Below, in pieces: positions 38,531 to 50,800 of a DNA stretch of 64,000 nt (position 1 is the stretch's first letter; every line of letters starts with the position of its first letter). The stretch lies in the NCBI GenBank assembly GCA_000934665.2, contig KZ538366.1:1-64000 (forward strand), in the 5' to 3' direction. Under the pieces are notes generated by a model, which did not search any database, had not been told where the DNA came from, and saw nothing but the letters and a program-made list of their open reading frames with translations. A program made the position numbers and the translations under genes. Origin of the DNA: Catajapyx aquilonaris. Taxonomy: Eukaryota.

Positions 38531-38838
38531 TCCGATTGTTTCCAATGGTCGCCGCCATTTTGTATGGCCACAGATGTCGCCACAGTCATGTTTTCGCGAC
38601 GCTCGTTGCGTGGCCAGTGTTGTGCCCCGGAGCGAGCATAACAGCAACGAGGTAGTGGGCCCCGGAGCGAGCATATTCGTAGAGAGCCACAGAGGGCGCT
38701 GCAGTGTGCTGCAGCAAGGCGACTGGAGAAGGCCGCTGTTCCAGTCCGGCGTCGGCCTTTCAACGGAGAAGGTCGCTTCTCTTCTCCGCTCTTTCCTTCC
38801 CCTCCCCCACCCCTCTCTTCCCCCCCTTAACAATAACA

Positions 38839-41800
38839 ATGGAGAGCAGCGAGTCAGGCCGGGGCCGCCCGTGCCCCTGCCCCGCGTCCGCCCCAGTGCC
38901 CCCAGCCTCGACCCCTGTGACCCCCCCTCAGCAGCAACAGCAAGGGACGACCTCCGCTCCCATATCCCCGAACCCAGGGGCGACCCCGGGTCAGCAGCAA
39001 CAGCAGCATCCGGACACGATCGGAGTGCAGGTGAACCCGACCACGGGAGGTCAGTTCGAGGTGCGCGTGAGAAAGGCGGACACGGTCGAGAGCCTCAAGA
39101 AGGTCATCTCCAAGAGGCTCAAAGTGCCCAAGGAGAGGATCTGCCTGCTGTACAGGGACAGGTTGGCTAATCCCTTTTGTGGATTTACATATCCTTTTTT
39201 TTTTTTGTTTTGTTGGAAAAATAAAATAAATGTAAGGAATAGAGAGAGAAAGAGAAAAAAAAATTGTTGGGGGGGCGTCGCGTGGGTACGTGGCCCAGGC
39301 CATGCAGTGTTGCCAGATTGGGCAGAATTTGTGCTTGGTCTGGCAACCCCGGGTGTGCAATAAAGTGCTGGTGACATCCGCAGTGATGCAGTGGACTAGT
39401 GTGCAAAAGTGTTGCAGTGTTGCCCGATATTCACTCCGTTGCCAGATCCCTATTCGTTAAAAAAAAAAAAAAAGTGTGGCCCACGCTTGTTACAGGAGCG
39501 GATCGATCCCAGCGCTTTAATGGAACCTGCCGGGAGCGGCACGAAGCCCCGTATTTTTTATTTAAAAAATAAAAAACCCAGGGGGGCCACCCTGCAAACC
39601 ACCAGCAAGATGCCAAAGGCCAGTTGGCAACCCTGCTCGCGATAACTGAGGTGCAGGGGTGCCAACCGAGGGAGCCGCGCAAAAGTCCGGACGCCCTTAT
39701 TAGGGCATGTGCGAATCTTTTTTTTTTCGCAAGGGCGCCCGCTACATGTACACACAAAGATGGCAAAGCGCCACGTGAATTCGCCATTTTGGCTGGGACT
39801 CCCCTCTACAAGCCGATTGCGGGCGTCACAGCTGACCAATACCTCTCTCTCTCGAAAAAAAAGAGGTGGCGGCCGATTGAAGTCGCGAATTTTTATGCAA
39901 ATCCGTAGGAAAATCTGGCAACGTGCCAGTCCGCGACGTAAATAAAGTAACGGAAGTCGAGACTTTTGTGTTTGTAGTTAGCAGTCAGCTGATAAGCCTG
40001 TTAACCTTTGACCTAGTGTTTGACCTTGTGAATAATTAACAAGGACGTGTACACGGCTGGACATAAGAAGCTTTTCGGCGATATCGCGCCGCCCACGTCG
40101 GAAAATTTCCTAGGAACTTCCAAGTATGTCCGGCCTTGTACACATAATGTAGAATTGGCTAGGCGTGACTTTGTCCATACACGATTTGACTCATCACCTA
40201 GGTGCATGTATTCAGTAGAAGTGTGCCTATGCGCCAGCTGTTAGTGGTGGTAGTACAGTGTTCGACATTAATCGAGGCATACTGCCAGCGACATTTTCCG
40301 AAGCGGCAGGAATCATGCTCGCCCGGCATGCAGTATCCATATCTTCAATTCCTTCTTCTGCCGCTGCGGGAAATGTCGCTAGCAATGTGCCTCCGATTTA
40401 TGTCCAACACTGTACGTCCAAGCGAGCCGGGCAGTGTTGCCAAATTTTGCTAACGGATTCGCTCGTTTTTTATATCGGAAAAAAACCCCTTAAGTCGGCC
40501 ATCTTGGATATTGAATTTGGACATTTCGACGCATGGGGCGTATCCCAAGTGCGTACTTGACACGTGAATCGTTTCGGCTCTGGTATTTCCTGGTACCGGA
40601 GGGCAGTAAAAAGTAAATTGGTAGATCGATGGAGAGGGTAGGTGTAAAACGACCGGAACCGAGGCAGGAAATTCCGGAGGGCAGTGTCAACAAAACCGGG
40701 GCAATAAATACCGGATCCGGTGTCATTAAAAAAAAAGTCCGGACGAACGATGCACAGGGTGTACTGTAAACACTACACATCTCATAGCAAAAAAAAAAAG
40801 AGAGAGGCTTTCAGTGTTGACAAGGTCGTGATCGACAAGTTATGGGTTACACATGCCCGGATTTCTCGGATCAGGTTCGTTATATCGGAAAAATCAGGAG
40901 ATAAAAATAGCTGTATTGGCAGATTTCCGATCGAATATATTTTTTCCAGCGACATACCTGAAGTGACGCAAAAATTGTTCGAAATTTGCAGGTGTAGGTG
41001 GTTGCTGCATTTATTAAAGTTTATCCGGGTCGATAGCGACCGGAAAGCAACTATTTTTGGACGGCCCTCATTAAGACATTGAGCCCCTTTCTAATTAGCC
41101 AGATTTGGCCTCGACTTTGCCAATATCTGCCAAATATAGGCGTGACGTCAGTGCTGGACATTACTGGTGGTGCCACTAAGCAATGGCGGCAAGAGCGAAT
41201 CGAAATGTGCATTCCGTATGACCGAAGCGAGTGTTTCTCTAACCGCAGGCCTAGAAAAACACTCGCTTCGCTCGCGATCAAGTGATGGCGGTCTAACTTT
41301 CGATTCGCTCTTTTGCTGCCTTACGGATCGTGACGCCACATGTACGACACCATTGATGCCCAGCACTGTACGTTTTAGTAGTAGTGCGTGAAGCGAGGAC
41401 AACGTTGCATTGGGTTCACGGCATCCGAGATAAACCGCTAAAGCGAAAGAAAAGGCGTGAAATGTATTTTTTTGTCCCAACTGTTAGGAGATCAGGGTCG
41501 ATGGGGTGGGTATCGGCAACACTGTGAAACACCAAGTGATGGTTTTGTGTGCTGTTTGTGTATCGGTTCCCCGGATGTAATGCCCGTGTGTTGTGTTGTG
41601 TTGTGTGCAGGCAACTGCGCGACGGCAGCCTCCACGACAACCAACTGGTCGAAGGCAGCCGACTCACACTGCTACCCAGCGTGGAAACCGGACTCTTGGT
41701 GAGTACCACCACCTTCCTTTCTGTCATTTTTTGTGTGTTGCCAACTTTTCTGGGTCTGCTGCTCAAGCAGCGTCGGACGAAAATCCCAGCAGCTGCCCAT

Positions 41801-44800
41801 GGGGCTTGACCTCTTTCAAGGAGGTGCATGGCACCTGGTAGTCCTCACCAGGAACATGCACTAATGGTGTCGCATTGATGGCGCCTCCAGCCAATGGAGG
41901 CAAAAGAGCGAATCTCGGGTGAAAAACATGTTAACTGCCAGTGTGTACAATGAATTTCCGATTTAAATGATTTAAAAAAGCTTGCGATGGCCGGGAATCG
42001 AACCGGGGACTATGCTCACCAAGCCGCCTGTAGACCACAAGGTCGTAGGTTCGCGACAGGTCGCGGACTCGTTTTTTTTTTTTTTCGTGTATCTATTTTA
42101 ACCCCCTTCCTCACTGGCGGTTAACATGTTTTCCCTCCGAAATTCGCTTTTTTGCCGCCAATGCTCGTGTCGCCACCAGTAGCTTACTATTTTTCTCCCG
42201 AAATTCGCTCTTTTGCCTCCATTGGCTCTGGTGACACCATTAGCGACAGCAGTTTTTTGACTACTGGTACTAGGCGTTCCCTTGGGGTACTTGATGCTGC
42301 ATGGGGGTATCCGGGCGTCCTGTTTCATTGCCCGGAGCGGGCTGGGTTTGGCCTCACGCGATGCCTTTATTCAGCCCAGGTGCAGGTTGCCCGGGACCGC
42401 TGCTGCAGCAGCAGCAAAAGGGGCTCGGTTGCTGGGGACCTTCTTGTTGCTGGACTGCTCGGATGCAATTTGGGGAGTTGGCTTGGTTGGTGGGAGGGGA
42501 TATCAGGCGACCTGGCAACCTTTTGTAGGGAGGGCTGGGACCGGGATTAGGACCCCTGGGAGCGTAGATGACCCCGACCGTCAGGTGCTTTGCGGCGGCC
42601 AAGGTTGCCGGACCTGCTGCTGCCAACCGGTATTGGCATCTTGCAAGGAAGGGAAGGCTGAAAGAGACGAGTACAAAGAAGCTCCTTGGCGTGCTACCAA
42701 CCCTCCCGGATCGATGGACCTCCCCTGCTGGCTGGCCTGGCCCTCCCCTTCTCTCATCCCCATTTCCCATCCCCCCCAACATCCACCAGGCCCCCCTTTT
42801 TCTCCGATATGTAGGCGTCCTCCCGGGGCCCTCCGTCTGACACTTCCTGTCGTAATGGGACGAGGCCTCGGTGCCTCTCGTATACTCGGCCAGACTGCGC
42901 AATGCGAAGAAAACTTGGGGTGGCTTGTCCGCAACTTTTTAGGGTAGAATCGGTCGAAAGTATCACCATGAGAAAGCAAGGAAGATATTCTGCATGAGCT
43001 GGACCGCCCCCCTTTGAAACGTGCAGGACAGGACATCTGCTGGTTAATTGGATGTCGTGGCAGTGCACATCCTCTCTACGTCTACAAAGAGGAGCACGCT
43101 TTCCTGGAAGATGTTTGCATGTTGTAGGGTGCAATATGGATAATTTGTTTGTTTGCCTGAGTGGGGAGCTATCTGGCCATTAGAAGATATACTGGGAAAG
43201 GCGCGCATTTCCTCACGGATGTTCCTTGATATATTCCAAGACCACTGGTTTATTTTAACGACCAGAACGCCCCCCACATACGCCAAAGCCCTGCATTTTG
43301 GGCATTTATACTTTAAAAAGTGCGGTTTTAGGACTTTTCCCTCAATCACTGCCAGGTTTGCCAACAGTGTGCGAAGTTTCAACGCTCTCAGAGGTGTGGA
43401 AGTGCGTTAGGTAGCCCGGACAAACATACATAAATATGCCCTATATAGCTCAAAAAGATGGAGACGATTTTACATTTGGATTCAATGCAAAATGGTCTCA
43501 ATCTTTGTGAGCGATATAAACTACAAACTTTCCCATTTATACTGTAAGAGATATCGAACCCTTTATACGATGATAATAATGGGATCTGGAGGAAGTGCAC
43601 ATCATTTCCACATATCCCCCATCATATTGGTGGATATACATAGAAACGACATTCTCTTAGAAGGCCTTGATCGTGTACTTGTAGATAGCTGACCCTTGGA
43701 CGACAATACATCATAGTGTAACCAGTAGTTATGTCGCATCTGTCGGTCACACGATACAGAGGCTCGTTCATGTCACGTGGCCGCCAGGATTACCGGATGC
43801 ATGCCCCTGTTGAAGGCCCCCGATTTGTCGGTGCATGACCCTAACTTTTGGGTCGCCCTTAGCATACATACCGGGTGGGCGAAATGATTGGGAGATTTTT
43901 TTTGTATGTGCGAGAGCGTTGGTTGCGAGAGTCGAGCGAGGGCGGATTTTTGTTGAATGCGGTTCCTGCTGCTGGGGCTGTCCGGGTTCGCCTCCGCAGC
44001 AAGCAAGCAAGCTCCCCAATGCTTGAAGCAGGCTTTGGCGTCAGCAAACCCAGTTTCTGGGCTGGCTTGGCTGGCTGGATGCTAACGAGCCTCTGCCCGA
44101 CCCCCGGTTTACCTCGAGAGCCAGCCATGTTGATTGGTAGGCCCAGGCAAAGCCAGCCGCTCTCGGCCCCCTCAGCTCTCTGCTCCAAAAGTGCCTCAGC
44201 TGCATATATACACATGCCCACGCACCAAGGGTGTTTTCTCTCCCTCGCAAAAATCCCCCCTCTTCCCCAATGTGTGGGCTTAATCAGAGAGAACTATCCG
44301 GGATTCTGGGGACCCCGAGCTTGTGGGAGTGCGATTGGTATTTTGTAGCTCGCCCAGATGATCACAGGGTTCCCCCTCCCCCACCCCCCACTTGGATCAT
44401 TAGTCATGCAACGCCGGATCGGACCCCGATGTGCATGTGGAGCTTGTGAAGGACGAGAGTGTCGGATGTTGCCTCTTGCGAAATTGCCCATTCGACAGAT
44501 CTACCTGACCCGTGGAAAAAACTGCAATCATACTACTAATCCCCCTATTCTCTCCGTCTGCTTATATGCCCGTAGGTAGTCAGTTACCATATAGTTTTCA
44601 CTCTCCACGTTCAACAAGAGGGTGGGACCCACTGGAGGCGAGCACCCTGGTGGGCTTTGTCCGCGCGGTGACTAATGACCAACGTGCACATAGTACTACA
44701 TTCCCCCTAAGCACGGCAGTAGTGTGCAGAGGCTATGCGACAACTGGTAGTGGCATATGGTCCCAAGTGGAGAGGGGCAGTGTTGCCAAATTTTGTAGTT

Positions 44801-47800
44801 CGACAAATATTGCCCTTTAGAAATGGGGAAACACCGGCTTTCCTTTTTTTAGAGTTCAAGAGTCCTTTAGAGACCGAAAGACGAGCAGGATTTCCATCGC
44901 CATTTTGGGGGATAGGAGTGTGTTTCGCCCCCTCCCTCGTTCCTCGAATTGCGAACCCAACCCTTAGTGGGCGTGCACCCTTTAATATGGATCGCCGAAT
45001 GTGCGGGGGTTCCCCCTCTTTTACTCATTTCGCAAGAGAATTGGAAAAGACTTTGGTGGAGGCGTGGAGAGAGAGGGTGGTGGTGGTGGTGGAGAATCGA
45101 AGGTATCTGGAGGCGGAAGAATCGATGGTTGGGAGAGGCTTGTGGTGGCTGTTTTGGGGAGGGGGAGAGTGGAGGGGACGCGGATGGACGGAGGTATCGA
45201 CTCTTCAGGCGCCTGGCGCCTGGCCCGAGAGGTCTCCGCACTGCAGCCCCCCCTTTGTTGCAGCTCCCAATAATAGTCACCCAGGGAATAATTGTTGCCC
45301 GGTGCAGGTCGAGTGGGTGGTTGGGTGGGCGAGGATGCATGGGGGCACGGGGGTAGCGCAACGGGACCCGGATGAGAAGACTGCCCGCTTCCAAGTGGGT
45401 CACCCAGCAGAGATGGCTGCCTGAATATAAAGGTCACGCCTTTTTTCTCTCTCTCGCTCTCGGTACATATACATACAAACACTTCTTCGCTCAATAATGT
45501 GGCAGCGACAAAAATGGTTGCAGCAGGGAAAATCCCTAGGTCGGATGAGGAGTAAAAATGACAAAAGCGCGACATTGGGTCCCCGTTGCCTAGTTCCGTG
45601 ACCCTGACACACATGGGCACGAGGTCACTGCGGAACAGCTAGCTCGGTTGACCTCCTGTATGTTACACACACTCGTCGTTTTTAGCTTCATATGCTGAGG
45701 TGAAAGGGAAACCGTTATACCATATTATAGGCTCGAATGATCACATGTGCCACACCCCCTTTGTAATGCCTATTTTAAATTTTGGAAGCCCGCGCAGTGG
45801 GGGGGTCAGGGGTCGCTCTTTGCCACCACACGAGGCTAGAAGGTGACCCTCCCACGTTCCTTGTTATGTTTACCCATCCGACGTCTAAAAATACATAGAC
45901 CGACCGCACTTATTCCCAGGCCCGGATGAGAATAGTGTGGGTACGTTTTGGGTATGGTCGGGGTGGGGGGTGAAGCAGCCGTTGGATTCCAATGGGTCCG
46001 CCTCATTATTATGAAGAGGGGGAGATTGGCGGGGGTCAAACGGTTGCTAAAAAGCGTTACAGCTCGTCGTTGGGCAGTATTGTTCAGTACCAACCGGGGT
46101 GTGCAGGTGGCAATATTTCTAACACTCTGTACACACGTGTTATTGCCATTGTGTATGAAACCACACGTATCCGCATGCTGTGACGTCATCTACCCGGAGC
46201 TAGTTGAGCGAGAGAGAGAGAAAAAAAGGGATCGATTTCGCTATCCTACGGAATGCGAAAAAATTTGCGAGATACACGGTACCGGCTCAAGCCATGCCCA
46301 AGTGGAGCGGAATATGACCGTTGAGAGTCGCAGGGAATAGGGGGAGCCCTTTTTGCTTTTGTCAAGTGGTTCCGTGGGAAGGCAAAAAGTAGTAAAAAAG
46401 GACGGTAAAAGGTTGACCGGTTCCCTCTTGCCGTTACGAAGAGCCTTCCCCCCCTCAAGACGCCCTTTTGCGAATTTCCCAGAATGCACCGGCGTCGGTA
46501 CCATCCCGACGACAATGGGGAGGGTACGCCGGGATTGTTCGCTGCAGCTCACCCCATACCACCCACCGATAAACGGGTAGGCTTGGCGTGTGTGGGCATC
46601 TGGCCGGGTATTGACCAGATGGACACATGTGCTTTCAACCGGGCACGTACCGGGCACGGTCCGGTACGGTCACGTTTGGGATGGGCTGCAACAGCCTGTA
46701 GCCCACGATTGCCAATCGTCCCAAGCCTAATCTTACGTAGAAAATAGGCTCCGGAGTGACGTGTACATTGCCGGAAGGACTTGCGTATCCGGTCGTATGG
46801 TGACTCATCTGATAAAGGGGGGGGGGGGGTGTCAGACAGTAAATTAAGATGCTAGAAAAACCCTCGCTTCGCCCACATTTTTTTTCTAGAAAGCCACCCG
46901 CTTCGCTCCCTTTGGATGGCATATTGTTAATCGCCTTCTATATAGTCAAATGGCACTTATGAATAAACAGCTAGCTAATTTGGGGGGTGACCAGTGACAG
47001 CTTATGTGCTGTAGATATGGCGTGATAAATTATGTCGCCAGAAGCCAGCCAATCGTGTCTTATTTGGCTCGATTGATATCGTGTGGAAAGTGGGGACCTT
47101 CAGAAGTTTGCCGTTTGTGAGAAAGGCCACCGACTATCAGCTGAAATAGTTGGCAAGTTCCAAACCGTGTAGAAAAACACAGTAGGTGGGGACATGCCCT
47201 AGTAAGTAAAAAGGGCTCTAAAGAGTGGACAACTTGGTGGTCCTATCATAACCAGGATTTCCGCCCCCTTCTCAAGCCCCCTTTTATATTTTTTAAAAAG
47301 AAGCCTACTACCACACTATGGAAGGGAGGGCGGAAATTTGGATGGGGGTGAAAGTGACGCATGCGTTGGCGTATGGGACGCCAACCAGACGTGCGTCTGG
47401 GGGTGACCCTTTGGCTCTACTACACCCCCACTCTTCCCCCTACCACCAAACCAAAAGCTCCTTTGTTGGGCGTGGCGCAGCGGTTGTCACGTCGATACGC
47501 ACACCCAGGTTCGAGCCCCCATGCAGCAACAAAAACCCCTCGAGATGACTGACCTCTTCATGCCCACGGCCAATTTCTTCTTCTTCTTTTTCTTCGCCTC
47601 CTACTCCTCCTGACCGTGAGAGAAATAACGAAAAAAAAAGAAAGAAAGAAGAGGTTGGTTATGTGGTTCAGTTCAGTGGCTTGCCTTTTTTATTTTTAGA
47701 ACCCAGCCCCCCCTTTTTAAAAAAAATCTCTAGATGGAAACTGACCTCTTTGGCAAACCTGAAGGAAGGTGTGGGTTTGTCATTTACTGGGAGGCTTGAC

Positions 47801-50800
47801 GCAACAGGGGTGGGGGTCAGACGGGTCAGTACCTGCGTCATAGCCATATTTCGTATTGTCCACATGTATTGGCTTGGAGCTAGGAGACACGTGGGAGGTT
47901 TTTTTTGTTGCCCGGTTCAGAATTAGTGGTCCGAAATACATTGCAGTCCACGTTAACTTGCAATTGACGCCATCGTTTTGTTTACCAACTATAGTCAGCG
48001 GAAATCTGCCGAACGCACCCACTTTCCAAGCTTCCATTATGGCTTCACTCAACAGTGGGGTTAAACCTTGGAGGAAGGAATACTGCGATACTACCTCCAT
48101 GGGTTAAACAGTGTCAACAAAGAACACTGTTTAGTACAATAGTTGCATGAAGCCGCGTCCATTAAAACTTGAAAAGTGGGAAGGGTGCGTTCGGCAGATT
48201 TCCGTTATGACGTCAATGGCCCACGTCGGATGATTTGTCTAGCCCTGTACAAATGACACAAAAAAAATCGGTTGCACTTGCTTCAGATTTGGAATATGAG
48301 TCAGTTGGAGGAGCGGTGTGTGCGTGGGAGTCAAAAGGAGGGTTGACCTACAAAACAATGCACACACACAGAGAGACAGAAAAAAATGGTGTGAATGAAC
48401 CAAGATTTTCCCCATGGTCTTACAACAATGCGGGGCATTGTTTTGAGGGGGGGCCTCGGCAACATTGCGGCAGATCGAAGGAGAGAGAGAGAGAGGCCGT
48501 GCATGCATGCAGCTGGAGGGTGGGCGTCGGCGGCGTCGGTAGGAGGGGGTGGAGGGGGGGGGATGGCATGGGCGGTAAATCTGTCCAGAAAATCACTTCC
48601 TGTTGGTGCGGGCAAGTGCTGGGAAGGGCGGAGTTGGACAGAACAATGAATGGAGCAGAAAAGTACGATCGAACGAGTATAAAAATGTGCATCGACCATT
48701 GCACATGGGGGTGACTCAGCTGATAAAACAGCTGGTCTGTATGGGGCAAGGGGCGCGGCTGTTGGTCAAAATGTGGCAGCGCGTTTTAGAGACATGGCAA
48801 CACAGGCCGGTGCACCTCCAGGCACCGGAGGCTGTGCACGGAATTAATTTGGTAACGCCTCAGGAGTGTCAGGCCGCATTTTTGTATTCCCTTTGAGTCA
48901 CGCCTGCCTACCCATTCCACCCCCTTTGTGATTTTTTTTTTAAAGAGAGGGACAGGACTACATTTTAAATGCCAGAGGGGCGCATCTGCAAAATGGCCAC
49001 TAATGGCAACAATGTTGGTCGTTATCAGGGTGCAAGTGCAGAGGCGTTCAATTTAGACAGTCCGGGTGACGCTCTCGACGCCATCCGATTGATGGGGGGC
49101 GAAATGTGTGGGTCGTGCAAATCCGACGACGTCTCCCCGACGCCTACATTCCCCACCCCCTCCTGTGGTCGATTGTACAAGAGGGTGGGAAAACCTGGCA
49201 ACCCTGCAAAAAGGCGCGGGTGGGCTCAACCTCTCCCGAAAAAAAAAATGGTACCCGCGAGACGAAGATGGCCGCGGAGAATGTTAGCAATTATCGCCAT
49301 GGCAACCCCTGCCTCTTGAGAGAGCGGTGCACAAAGATTTCCTGTCGGATTTCCGGCCAAGATTTCCATCAAGGAAGAAAAAACCTCGGGGAGAGAAAGC
49401 GGCCATCTTGCAGTCCACGCGCCCCTCCCTTTGCTGTTTAAATGGCTGACTCGAGGGGGGGGGAACTTCCTTCCGGTTCTTCACTGACGTCATTTTTTTT
49501 TTTTAAAAAAGGAAGGTCATTTAACTCAATTGCGAAAGAGAAAAATCTCAAGGGCACATGATGCAGCGGTACCGATCTGTAAATTGTGCTGGGGGGTGTT
49601 CTTGATAAAAGAGCTAGGTTTCCCCGGGCATTGCATGCATATGCATACACGTGTGGGCTGCACACACACACAGCCTTTGAGAAGCGGTGACGTCAGTTGA
49701 CGTTGCCTACATGTCCTTTGGACCTCTGCCCGGGGATTGTAAATGCAGCCTGGAGATTTCGCAGGAATTGTGTGCAAAAATCAGTGGTCACTCAACTCAT
49801 TGGGAGGGGGACAAAAAAAAAGAAGTTTTGTCTCAAGGTCGGAACGCATGGAACGTCCGGACCCCCCAAATATTTTCCTCCAACGAAAAATATTTGGCGT
49901 CATGCACATTTATACGGATATTACGACACCTCTTTGTCTCGCATAGAGATGATCGGAACCTTGAAAATTACCTGGAGGGGACCTGTTGTGAAAGCATAGC
50001 ATGAGTGCTATTGTGCCCCCCCCCCCCCCGATAGTCGTGTGGTATAATCCGCGGATTGGCCTTCAAGCCGTGTTCCCTGGGGTCACAATTGTTGGGCTAG
50101 GAAGTGACGTAACGTGTCCGGGGATTATACTAAACCGTATGCTTTTCTTTCTTTACAGGCGCAGAGGCCGGAACAGAGCGTGATGCAGGCCTTGGAAAGC
50201 CTGAACGATTCCCAGGTAAGCAATTCATGATGTTACTTATCGGGTATGCGGACGTACAGTCGGTTAAAAGAGTGTCTTACCAGACCAGACATTAATCGCG
50301 TCATACTGCTAGCGACATTTTCTGAAGCGGCAGAAGCTGCAAATCAAAGTGTGAGCCGTGCGAGTAAGAAGAGGTAGGCCTTGAGTGACGTCACTGACTG
50401 GAGGGCAATGGAGAAAAGGCTTGTCCCGAGTCAGTGACGTCACCCAAGGGCTACCATTTCTTACTCACACGGCTCGATGTCCACTTCTGCCGCATCTGGA
50501 AATGTCGCTAGCAGTATGACGGAATTAATGTCCAGCACTGTACTGGACATAATAGCAGTCCCTTGGAAGTGTTTTAGGCGTCGCCCAAATTTCCAAAGGG
50601 ACTTTCGTGTACAAGATGCCAACAGGGGGTCTGTCAAGTGTTATATGATGGTTAATCAGTAGACCCACATCAATCTGTGCCCTTTGTGAGACTATATTGG
50701 CTTTGAGCTGGCTGCATGCAGTGAGCTCTCTCTCCCCCTCCTTTTTTTTTATATTCCACCACCACGTGAAGGCTGCTCCTTAGAGTCCCGCTGCTGACGT

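Noticed and set aside
41983..42060. tRNA gene (minus-strand GGTTCGATTCCCGGCCATCGCA)
   Set aside because: Only a T-arm/B-box fragment with no complete cloverleaf; more likely a SINE or tRNA relic.
42282..49441. GC-rich ORFs of 100-230 aa in midnolin intron 2
   Set aside because: No recognisable domains, mostly non-ATG starts and no coherent splice structure.
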